Below are positions 26,501 through 37,800 of a DNA stretch of 64,000 nt, piece by piece. Within the stretch, counting starts at the first letter, position 1; each line of letters starts with the position of its first letter. Location: assembly GCA_000708835.1 (NCBI GenBank), contig DF237061.1:130214-194213 (forward strand). The letters are read 5' to 3'. Source of the DNA: Klebsormidium nitens (lineage: Eukaryota > Plantae > Klebsormidiophyceae). The notes beneath the pieces are model-generated. The model saw only the letters and a list, made by a program, of their open reading frames with translations, made no database searches and was not told the DNA's origin. The position numbers and the translations under genes are program-made.

Positions 26501-29157
26501 TACCATTCCCGGGCACTGCGGTCAACAAGACGCAGTCTTGGCTAACAAAGGGCTAACGAAATCCCTCCGCAAGTGCTTGCTTGATTCCAGGTTTCAAGTG
26601 CAAACCCGCTACAGTGCCCCGCTGACCTTCGACCGCATCTAGAAAGGATGAGCCGCTCCGAGAGAGATTCTCTGCGTTCCTTTGCACGCTTTGCTCCCCT
26701 AGGACACAATGACGGACGCAACGCATTTGCTCTTCTGTCCGCAGCGATTCAACATTCTTATTTTACTATGACAAACTGCGTACTTGCGAGGAACTCCGAA
26801 ACGGTATGCTCAAACGCTTGTCACCCCCCGACCTTACATCCTACTTGACAAGACGCTCAAGGAAACTTGTGTATCTCACTTCTTAGAGGTCTTTGATTCG
26901 ACGAGCGGTTACCCTCTTTTCCAGGGCTTGGTGACGAACGAGACGCGGTGCCTGTGCTGCGAGACGCTGACGTCACGCGACGAAACGTTCTTCGACCTGA
27001 GCCTGGACATCGAGCAGAACAGCAGTATCACCAGCTGCCTCCGCAACTTCAGCTCTACGGAGACGCTCAACGCCGAGAACAAGTTCTTTTGCGACAAGTG
27101 CTGCAGTCTGCAGGTCAGGGAAACGAGCTTATGACGGGTCTGAAGTTGTCAGACTTTTGTGCGATGGATTCTTGCTTTTCCCTTTTCGTGATCGATGACT
27201 TCTTGTGCGAGAAGCTCAACGCCGAGGACAAGTTCTTGCGGTAGAAGTGCCGCAGCCTGGAAGGTAAGGAAAACAAGGTTTGAAAATTTCCGTGCGGTTC
27301 GCAGCGATTCTTAGGCGCCCGGAACGGCCTTTTTAGTTTGGGAAACTTGAGCGAACCCATTCCCCTCCGTTTCGCAACCCAAATTTTCCGTGAGACCTGG
27401 TCCTTGCCCCGAAGTATGCTTTTGCGCTGAAAGCCCAGATTTCGTTCGAGATCAAGAAGAGGTCGCGGATCCATAGTCCGTTTGGTTTCAGAGAGTGGGC
27501 CTTCACCTTTCTTGTCTGCTGTGTGCAATCTCGCTTCTCGGGTTCCGCATCTTTTATTTATCTGGAAGGTTCAAACTCGAAGACATCGTCCGACAAACCG
27601 TCGTATGTTCTCACCTTCCGCAAAGCTTTCGTTTCTGCGCAGGCGGCCCAGAAGCGGCTAGTCAAGGCGGCCCGATACCCTGGCAAAGCCAGTCCCGCAA
27701 CATCGATATCTTTCTCCTGAAATACCCATGTATTGATTGAAACTACGGTTCTTCCTCAAGTCCTGACTTTTGCGCATGATGTGGGCTGCGCAGGAGGCCC
27801 AGAAACGGATGAAGATTAAGGCGGCGCCGCAGATTCTGGCGCTGCACCTGAAGCGCTTCAAGTACATCGAACAGCTGGGCCGCCACAAGAAGCTCATGTA
27901 CCGGGTCGTCTTCCCGCTCGAGCTGCGCCTCTGCAACACCGTCGAGGGGGGGGTCAGTCACCCGCGTTTACGCCTTGCTTTAAGCTCTCTTATACAGGCT
28001 GCTGAGCGCGTATGCTGGCTGCCGACCTCTTATGCTGGCTCTTGAGATCTTTTCGTGTGCGCTTCTGCAACACTGTCGAGGGGGGGTCAGTTGCCCGCGC
28101 GCTTACCACTTGCTTCCAAGCCCTTTTTCAGGCTGCGGATTGCGCATTAAGGAGCTGTTGAGCCCTTATGCTCGCTCTTGAGAATGATATCTGCTAGCAT
28201 CTTCCTCGCTGTGGGCTCCTTATGTCTTTGCTGCGTAATCTTCGCGGCAGAGCCCCTCTTAGGTTGATGTCATGTTGGATGAGCGCTCCTACTGCCTCGA
28301 GCACCAACTTGTTCTGCCAGCGCTTATCATCTGCAATCTTCTCTTTTGTGTCGAAGTCCGAGTTGCGTACTGTTGTGTAAGGGGTTAAGTAGAGGGCCGA
28401 GGCTGATGATTTGCTTTGGACCGAAACGGTTCTGTTCATGACGGGATCTATTTCCAATTCGGTTCATATGGATATCCTTCGTTCTGATCCGTCTGCTATG
28501 GCAAGCAGTGTCCACGTAGTCTTATCACTCACGCCCGTTCCACTCGTTTGGCGCCCCATAAGGACCAGCTTCTACTGCTGCGGTGGCTTGTATCCAGAAA
28601 CCGAGAGCAACAAACGGACAAACAATCACACCCATTCACTCGTCTTATGCGAATCCTTGCAGGATGGCGCTGAAGCGGAGTACTCGTTGTTTGGCGTAGT
28701 GGTGCATGTGGGGAGCGGCCCCAATCACGGGCACTACGTCAGCCTTGTAAAGAGCCACAGCCATTGGCTGTTCTTTGGTGAGCTTACGTTTTCAGGCCAC
28801 CTTTGGAGGCCGTCGCTTGTTAGCTTGTCAACGTATGCATGTTGCTGTTGCAAAATGGTGCATATTCGAGTGGGTCTTTGCCTTAAAATGCTGTCAAGTT
28901 GGCACACTCTTCCTACCGCTGGATTCTGTGGTCGAGATTGCAGATTTACGCGTTAATATAATGTGTAGGCTCACTGGTTTTCCCCGCCTTCTCTAGATGA
29001 CGAATCCGTGGAACCAATCGACGAGTCTATGGTCCAGAGCTTCTTCGGTTCCACACAGGAGTACTCTAATAATACCGATCATGGGTATATACTTTTCTAC
29101 GAGATGACGCGGCCGGAGAGTAGCACACTCCCGCGGCGCTCAAGCGAACAGTCATAG
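23572..29157 (+). CDS. UBP3/4: Ubiquitin-specific protease, UBP3/UBP4 (USP12/USP46) type
   Basis: N-terminus [13 protein letters not shown], Cys box [31 protein letters not shown], Zn ribbon RCLCCE...[15 protein letters not shown], His box [19 protein letters not shown] and FDDE...GYILFY. Exons ~23572-23688, 24447-24566, 25537-25875, 26924-27113, 27793-27952, 28661-28778, 28998-29157. Confidence 0.96.
25142..25245. repeat. Two-copy 53-bp tandem repeat in a UBP intron
   Basis: ACGGGCCCCT(G/A)AGCTGTTTCAAACTGTTGTGTT(T/C)AA(A/G)GAACCTCACAGGAT starts at 25142 and again at 25195. Confidence 0.9.
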
Positions 29158-29659
29158 CATTGGAGTCTGGGCCGGTATATGATATCAGACCTTTTCAAAG
29201 TACAGCGTCTGTAAAGAAAGGTCCATGTTGTCCAACCTGAGGCGAATCAATCAGTCCTACTAAATACTTATGTTGAACATGGTATAAGTTGATCATGGCT
29301 TAGTAAAAGCTTTTCCTCTGAGTTTGTGTCGTTTTGCTGGCGGCATTCTTCATTGACCGGTGTGGATGTGGCCGTGTTGCTAGCTAACAACAACTTTGTG
29401 CTCTGTAATTGTCATCCTCTTTCGCCGAAGGGTTGTGAAAACTTGAAAGGCTCGACCATGCTTGGAGCAGGAAAAATGGGACACTAGATCGACCACAGTG
29501 CATGCATGGCATTTGGCATCAATGTCTACATGGTCCGGCACATGACTGCTTATGCCATTATGGGCCATGATGGTTCCCTGACGTCGGCCAGAACACGGGA
29601 ACAGGATTCCGAATCCCGATCTGAATATTGAAAAGCTAAACATAGCTGTAAAGCGCAGC

Positions 29660-30520
29660 GCATGCACTTCGTACAGGTAGTATGTACACGCACAGGATAC
29701 CGGTATCTCTTCTACAGCACTGCAAGCGTACCTACTACCAACCGTACCGGACCTACCAGGTACTATACCTACCTGGGTAAACACCTCAGGAGAGATACCG
29801 TAGGTGTACCGTACTCCGATAGAGTCAATTTGAGGATTCCATATTTACCCAGATAATTGGTGGTACCATGAAGGTACGGTAGGTTAACTGGTTAAGTGGT
29901 ACCTACCTAATCTATCTGTACGGATCTGTACGAAAACCTTGCCGGAGCGAGGATCCCCAGTCGGCCATCTACCGCCACAAAGTGGGCCAGGACACCGGCG
30001 GTAAGGTAGGGAGAACCGTTCGATGCCGGTCTTGGCACCACATCCAACAGTCCACTGGCGGCGATCCTACTTGGCAAAGCCGCCCCAAACCCACTGCCGA
30101 TCATACCGGCCGGGTTACAAATGCCGGGCCTCACGTGTAGGGCTCACACGCGTGGGCGGTGGACATCCGACAAGCTGAATCCACCCTGTGCAACTGTGCA
30201 CACTGCACCCGTACACTGGTGTGTGCTAAGTACGGTACCTACCTAGAGACATATCAGGTACCTACCTAGAATGTGGTCCTTACGGTCAGGCCTGCCTGGT
30301 ACGTACCCATCACCACATTGCGCAGTGAGTACCGTACGGCATTCACTACCGTAGGTACCGGTACCGTATTTGAGTCCTCGATGATTCACAAATCGACTCG
30401 TGTGGTGCCGGTACGTGACCCGAGGTACGGGCCTGAGTACGGTAGCGTACCCTTGTCCACTGTGCACACTGCACGTAGGTACTGTGCACACGGCAGTACG
30501 GTCAGTACCGGTACTGTTTT
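29660..30520. repeat. GTAC-dense intergenic repeat region with a CCGG-rich core (~29935-30130)
   Basis: About 30 GTAC tetramers counted by eye in ~860 bp. Recurring GGTACCTACCTA and ACTGTGCACACTGCAC. Confidence 0.75.
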
Positions 30521-30533
30521 AATACCCTCATCA

Positions 30534-30805
30534 CAGTGATTGCCACCAACTTTGGCCGGCGCCGGCAATCTACCGGCCACCCTTCGTTCCTGCCGGCTGA
30601 GTGTAAGTTTCTACCGGCTTCCCCCAAGTCCCCGGATCCATTTAGCCGGGTATCTGGACAGTCTCTCAGCTAATCTCAGCCGGTACCCGGTCAAACACGC
30701 CGGTTTTTCAGCCGGAGCCCAGCCGGCTGAGTGCCTTCGGCACCGGTTAGACCCTCGCTCCAGCCGGCTAGGTCCACACATAACACCGGTTCGTGGCAAT
30801 CACTG
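30534..30805. mobile_element. hAT-type MITE (272 bp), CCGG-rich
   Basis: Perfect 13-bp TIR CAGTGATTGCCAC / GTGGCAATCACTG, flanked by an exact 8-bp TSD CCTCATCA (30526-30533 and 30806-30813). Confidence 0.9.
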
Positions 30806-31829
30806 CCTCATCATTGATTGAGGATTCCATTTTCGTGCATGAGCTGTTTGCTGACAGTCCGCTTGAAGGTCTCGGCCTGCGGGATGGTGCCGCACGGCCA
30901 GAAGCGAGGAGGAAGGAGGTGGTCATCCAACACGTCAGACTCAAAGCAAGCTGCCTGGAACTGTATCTAAGTAGAAAGAAGAGATCTTCCTCTGGAGTAG
31001 GTGTCTGGAGTGGTGGAAGGTTCGTAGACTTGTTTTGATCTCTGGGAGGAAGCAATCTGCTGATCGGAAGCTCGGGGCAACGGGGTAGCATCAGCTTTTC
31101 TAGGTGGTCACACAATCAACACTGACAACAGGTGGATTGGTTGGCTCGACGTCGTGGCAAAAGTTTGATCAAGTGGACAGCTTGATCAAACAAGGATCTG
31201 TGGTCCCCAGTAATGAACCTCCAGCTGACGATTTGACTTCAGTAAATAGACCACATGCTACCAATGATTTTCGTAGCTTCAGCTCCCTAAAGCAGAAAGC
31301 ACATGCGATCGAATGCGGGGTTTGACAGCAGCAGGGCCATAGCTTTGGATTGAACAGGCACCTGGAAGCTCACAAGCGACCTGATCTCAGAAACTTAGCG
31401 CAATCACCCAAAAGTTGACGGCAATTGTGGCATTCTCAGGGGTTAGAGAGGAAGGGGCACAGTTACGCGGGCAGTTTAATCCTTGATATAATTAAGGGAG
31501 GCGGGGATGATCTGGCGCCCGTTCTGCTTAGTTTGCAGTCCGCTGTGAAGACGGCGTTAAGAATGGGGGAAATGCTCGATGGGCTGGGGCTGTCAGGTAT
31601 GTTCAATGCTGAGGTCAGCCCGATGACACTCTCTGATGTGATGACAATCGCTGGTGGCCCATGAGGAGAGCCCATCTCCTGGACCTTGTTTGGGCAATGA
31701 ACACTTGACAATTTGTATAAAAGCGCCTCATGTCGGTTTACCATGCCTTTTTGGCATGTGCAGTACTGGCCTGCCACAGCGTCCTGAAGCTCGATGGTGA
31801 AGACACGTGCAGTTTGTGAAGTATGTTGA

Positions 31830-34800
31830 ATGGATGATTTAAACAAAACTCTGGCAATTGGAGGCTGCCTGCTCATTGCATGTTCTTTACTCTGCTTGTC
31901 AAATGTCCTGCGACACTTGGTTACGAATGTGCGTCTTGCCGGACAAAGAAGGCGACAAGGCCTATTTGCTTGCAAGAGTAAAGTAAGAGATAATCTCAGA
32001 TCATATTGCCGCCCTTACACAAGTTTTCTGGGAGGACAGTCAGCCCTGCCGACTTTGCCCAGAGAAGGGAAGGACAACTACCCGGTAGAGCAAGGGATTT
32101 GCAGCTAATACGGCTTTGAACATGTGGCGCTGTGCCAACACCAACCGCAATGCTGCGTGGTTGACAGCTGGCAGAGTGGTTGACAGCTGGCATGCACTGG
32201 CGCTAGCACAGCACAGCCCCAAATGGACTGGTTTCAAAGTGTTCGCACCCGAATAGTGGACTTGAGGCATGTTAGAGCAACTAGTGCTGCTTCCAAGTAC
32301 AGCTGGTATGGGGGTGCAGAGAAATGTCTGGACCAAGTCCTCCATATTTAGGGTTCTGATAGATTAGGGTTTTGGTTAGGGTTTCTCAATTTTACTCCTG
32401 GCCGAGGCATCACTGTGAAGGACCATCTTTTGACGCCTCGAAGCCCCTTCACAATCTTCCCCCATTTCAGCATGTTGATGTTACACTTGCTTCTCAATAA
32501 AAACCTCCTTAGCTTTGGTAAAGCTGGAGCAAAACAAGGGCCTCTTCCATTTTGACTGATGCCCCCCCCTCCGTCTTAGCCCCCAGAATTTGCACAGCAG
32601 AGCACGTGTTGTCCAGCTTGTACTATTTGGAACAGGGCACACAAAAGATCAGACACCTGTCATTTCACTCAGATCTCATCTGAGACAAACAATTGGAACC
32701 TTTTCGCAGGTGACGGGATGCCTCGCCGCCACCTGATTGGTCGGCAGCTGCTGCAGGCGGCGTCCCCAAATGTGACAATTGTGACATCGTCATCGGAGCA
32801 GATTCCGACATGGGTTGTGATTACTGTAGCGGGGTCGGTGGGGGCAGTGGCGTGCATCCTGTTGATTGTCCTCATTGTGGTGCTACTGATGCAGAGACGG
32901 GGCATGAAGGCGGGCCGGGCAGGTGAGTCTCACTGTACCAATTCACGATTGCAACTTTACCCTCCTGCTTGGAAAGGAAGTACATTCCAAATCATGGGAT
33001 CTACCCCCATGATCAAAGAGAACATATCTTCTCAACACAGACCTTTACCTTCTTGAGTGGGGAGAACGTACCCTTTTTACGGTAGCTTCCCCGGTTGGTG
33101 GCTTCAGTGTTCTGATCTTCCTGCTTAACTTACCTCCTTGGCTCCGAGTATCCTTGGATGTGTGAGTTCTGAGAGGGCTCCTATGAAAAAGTGCTTAAAA
33201 CAGACTCTAGCTCCAAGCTCGACCTAGTCAGCTGACATTGAAGAAGAGAGTACTTTGAACACAGAGTCCTGTGTCACGGTCTTCTGAATTGCCTTTCAAA
33301 GAGTCTCTGACTAGGAGACAGGGTCCTCTCATAAACTGAGCCGCGAGGTAAAGTAGGTGACGAGATTCATTGAGCTGAGGAATCGACCTTGGCAGGGTTT
33401 TAGCTTTTCGGTTACTTGACTCGCTGATTGCAAAAGTTGACAATTTGGAGAAAGGTGGGCACTCTTGGATCCTCCTTGACTCTGGGCTTTTACCGTAACT
33501 CCAGGCCCTCAAAGCATTTTTAAATCTTTGATTCCAGGCCTTGTCCTGCGACCAGGCTTCACCCCCTCTTAACCATTACTTGCCCCTCTCTCCTTGCCAA
33601 CCCTTCTGTCATCCATCCAGGTGCCCACTCCGGCTCTGGCCCCTCGAAGCAGCTCCTCTCAAACCCCGGCAGCAACGAGGACGTCGAGCGACAGCTGATC
33701 CCGAAGCGAGAGATGATACCGAGAGAAGCGGACGGGTGGCCGTTCTGTCTGCACCCCATCGAGCAAGTCCCGATGACGGTCGAGAACAAGATGCCCAAAT
33801 ACAGCCTGGCGGAAGTCCGTCGCGCGACGGGGGACTTTGCGGAGGACGGGCTCCTGGGGGAGGGGCGATACGGGGGGGTGTTTCGAGGTAAGCCCTTTGG
33901 TGCCCCTTTGGGTAATTGGTTAAACTGGTTACGCGGGTGGTTTGCGCCTTTCGTGGGGCTGCTGGGGGAGGGGCGCTATTTGGCAGTTGTTGAGAGGTAA
34001 ACCGGGTTACCCCTTAAAGTCGTTGGGTAACCCAAACACTCGTAGTATCCATATGACAGGTGCTCCGGCCCCTTCGTCTCGGGTGCTTTTTAGGTAACGA
34101 GAGTATCTCCTATTGTGGATCGCGGTATCTGTCCGACATGGGAAGCGTTTCGGATCTCCGTTTTACGGGGATGCTAGAAGCAGGGGGCCTTCGGGGGGGC
34201 CCAGGAAGCGGATCATGTTTCACGGAGTATGAAACGTCGTGAGTAATGTAACTAAACGACGTCAACTGAGTTGCAACAAAACTATCGGTATGAAGAGCAG
34301 AAGTAGAGCTAGTACACTTCTCATCAACAGCGGTTTTTGGAATCAGAGTGGGTTGACAATCCAACAGGGCTGATAGACATCCTCTGGTTGGGCTCCTCGA
34401 CCTGTGTCATCAAAGCAGAGCATCAGCCCGACGTCACCTATTCGCGCTGCTGATGACACTCAGCGTCGATAGTAACACACACGTGTTACTCGCGTCACCG
34501 CATCTAATCATCAAATCAGCTGCTAACATTCAATCTGCGCTTCAGAAAACAACCGCAGCTTGTCAGTTGAAAATAAGCAATCTATGTTTGACGCCAGCGG
34601 TTCTCGTCACCTGCTTCTACGTTGAGGAACGTTTAAAGCACCAGGGAAATCCATCACGAGCTGACCCACCTCTAGCGTCGCTGACGTCATGGGCCCCCCT
34701 CGTGCCGCTGACATCATGGCCCTCTCTCTCAGGCACGCTGGACGACGGGCGGCCGGTCGCGGTCAAGCGCATGCGGGTTGAGCATGTACGGGGAGAGTTG

Positions 34801-37800
34801 ACCAAATTTGGAAACCGCGCGGAAAAGGAGTTTTTGAGCGAGGCGGAAGTGATCGTTCGGGTTCATCATCGGCACCTGCTGCCTCTGATCGGCTATTGCT
34901 CTACGAGGGACGAGCGGATACTGATTCTCATGTACATGGGGCGGGGAAGCCTGGAGGCGAAGCTGAGAGGTGAGTGTGTTTAGAAAGGGGTTGGTGCTTG
35001 TGAAACTAAAGTCCTAGACGTACGTTGAGTGAGGCAGCCCCACGGCGAAGCTGCGGGGTGAATAAGGGCAATAATTTGCTGGTAGGGACATTCGCTTCTG
35101 TATTTTGTGAATTGGGACTGAGTATCCTAGAGTTGGGTCGATCACTCGGGGGTGGACCGCCGTGTTATGGCCAACCAATGAATGGGCGGTATCAGAAGGG
35201 AAGTCAAGTTGTCTGTTTCGACCAAGAGGTTGCCGGAGAGAAGGAGGACGACGTCATCCGTAGTCATCACTTTTGAAGTGGGCGTAGGGCATACATGTCA
35301 ATCCAAGGTGCAGAGAGCCCAGATTCGCCGTACTTTTGACCTCATCCGTCAAAAAGGAACTCAATTTCTGTAGTATAAGTATCGCGAGCTTTGAAATCCG
35401 ACGCCCACTCTAGAGAAAGATACGATCCTCTTCATAAGGCAGACGACTTTGGTGAGCCAACGAGAACCCACTCGGGGAAGCCAATCAAAAGAGATTAGGG
35501 AAGCCCATGCGCCCCCTTGCGTTCCTTTATCAACGAGGTGAATTTCCGTGCAGATCGGCGCAACTCCTTGGACTGGGGCGCCCGATACCGGATTGCGGTG
35601 GGGGCGGCCAAGGGCATCGCGTATCTGCACGAGGTGAGGTCGCCGTGACGTCACCTGCGGCTCCAGATAACGTCATTTGCAAGCTGCAGTTGCTCATTTA
35701 CGCTTCTGATTCCAACGGGGATTCTCTCAGGGTATATGCACCGACTCTGTTTGACGTGCCATGCTATGCCTCGACCGACGTTGAGCTGGCGTGCGACCAC
35801 GGAATGGGGGCATGTGATTGCTCTCCCTAAGCAGACTTTCACCGCCGCTCGACTTCTTCCCCTCAGAATCCATACCGATGCTAACTTTATTACGGCATCT
35901 CAGACTGTCTGCTGATATCCCTTCTGTCTGGGTACGACTTATCGCGACCTCTTGTTAAAAACCAGCAAACTGAAAGATCCTATTGCAAACCGCAACAGTT
36001 CTAGTCGTTTAGGAACCTGGCAGACGAAAGCTCCCCGTTGCTTCTGCCTTGCATTTTCGAATTTTTGACGTCCTCTCTTTCGCTTCCCCAGGACTGTCTC
36101 CCGGGGATTCTGCACCGTGACATCAAAACGTCCAATATCCTGCTTGACGAATCCGACGAGCCGAGAGTGAGACCCGTTCCATGATTCCATACACCGGCAG
36201 CCGTTTCAACATAAGTGTCTTCACCTTATTATGAGTCGGTTCGTTGCTTCCTTTGTACGCCCCGATCTCGATGAAACTCAAGTAAGATAATAAGTAAGAT
36301 ATTAAGTAAGATAATGATAAACCAAGATAATGATAAGCTCCGACTGACACTCTAAAATCACCGGACACACAAAGATACCTGCTCCGCACCCCTACCCACC
36401 CTAACCACCAAACTAACCCTACCCGTGCTAGTGCCATTACCTTGTTATCATCTCGGCTTATTTTGATCTTTCTTGAGTTCGATCCGGTTTCGGCGCATGG
36501 ATACGATGCTCATGTCGTAAAGTTTGGATGGACTCAAGATCATTTTGACAAGCGAAAGACCGTGCATTCGGGACTCAAGCCGGTAGTGGCGGTCCGGACA
36601 TGAGCGCGACTTTCAACTGGTTCGCGGTTGCGCTGCTCTTCAAAAGTGCGTCAAAGTCAGGAATAGAAGGATCTTTCTTTTCCCGAGTTGGCCAAGACAA
36701 GTTGCTCATCAACGTATCATTTGAGCAACTTGACCTTTTTCGTTTGGATCTTTTTACATGCTTTCTGGAACTAGGGCAGCTTTGACCCGGCAGATTTTAA
36801 TCTTCTTTCGAGGTACCGGCAGACCTTCCTCCCAAGCACAAGCACTTTGCTCAACATGCATACTACTTTCGTCCAGAGTGATCGCCGATTTTCGGTTCTA
36901 AGCAGGCAGTTACAGACAGCGTTTGGTTCTTTTTGGACCACAACTCTGCTTCCGAGCACTGCAGATGCTCAACCCTTCTTTCGAGCTCTCTCAGTCCTCA
37001 TCCTTTTTCCGACACTTCAACCCTTAACAATTCTTCCGACCACTCTCAATCCTTACCCCTTCTTCCAACCATTCTTACCTCTTTCCCCGGTCATCGCCTC
37101 TCCGACTTTGGCTTCGCCCGGAGCAAGGTCGGGCCTGCTTCAGCAAGCGTAAGCTTTCCCTTACAGTTACTCCCTTGCGGACAGACTTTGGCTTTGTCGG
37201 AGCAAGCCCCTTTGCTCAACCACACCCAATCCTTTTTCCTTCTCTCCAGGTGGCCGACTTCGGCTCTGCTCGGAGCAAGGAGTTCGGGCCTGCTTGAGTG
37301 AACGTTTACTTTCCCTCACCGACCGCGTCTCCTTGCAGACAGACTTTGCCTTTGTCATTGCAAACCCTTCTCCCAAACACTCCTGACCCTTTTTTTTCTC
37401 TCTCCAGGTGGCCGACTTCGGCTTCGCTCGGAGCAAGGAGTTCGGGAAGCTGTCGGGGAGCGTGCAAACACAAGTGGTCGGAACACCGGGCTATCTCCCC
37501 ATTGAGTGCGTCCTGTTCGGACAGAACAATAGCATCAAATCGGACGTGTACGCATTCGGGGTGGTGCTTTTGGAGATTCTTTCAGGGAAGCCGCCGGTCG
37601 AGGGGGAGGCGGGGTCCAAGAAGACGCTCGCGCACTTCGTAAGTACCTCCAAAAAACCAACCTTTTTTGTACTTTGGTATCGCCAGTGAATTCAACCTCC
37701 AGTTCGATTCATTAGGGCCAGGCAAAAAGAATCGTTTCGACGGACTATTTTAAGCAGGCTACCTATATCCGCCGGTGAATTTAAGAGCATTTCAAAACAG

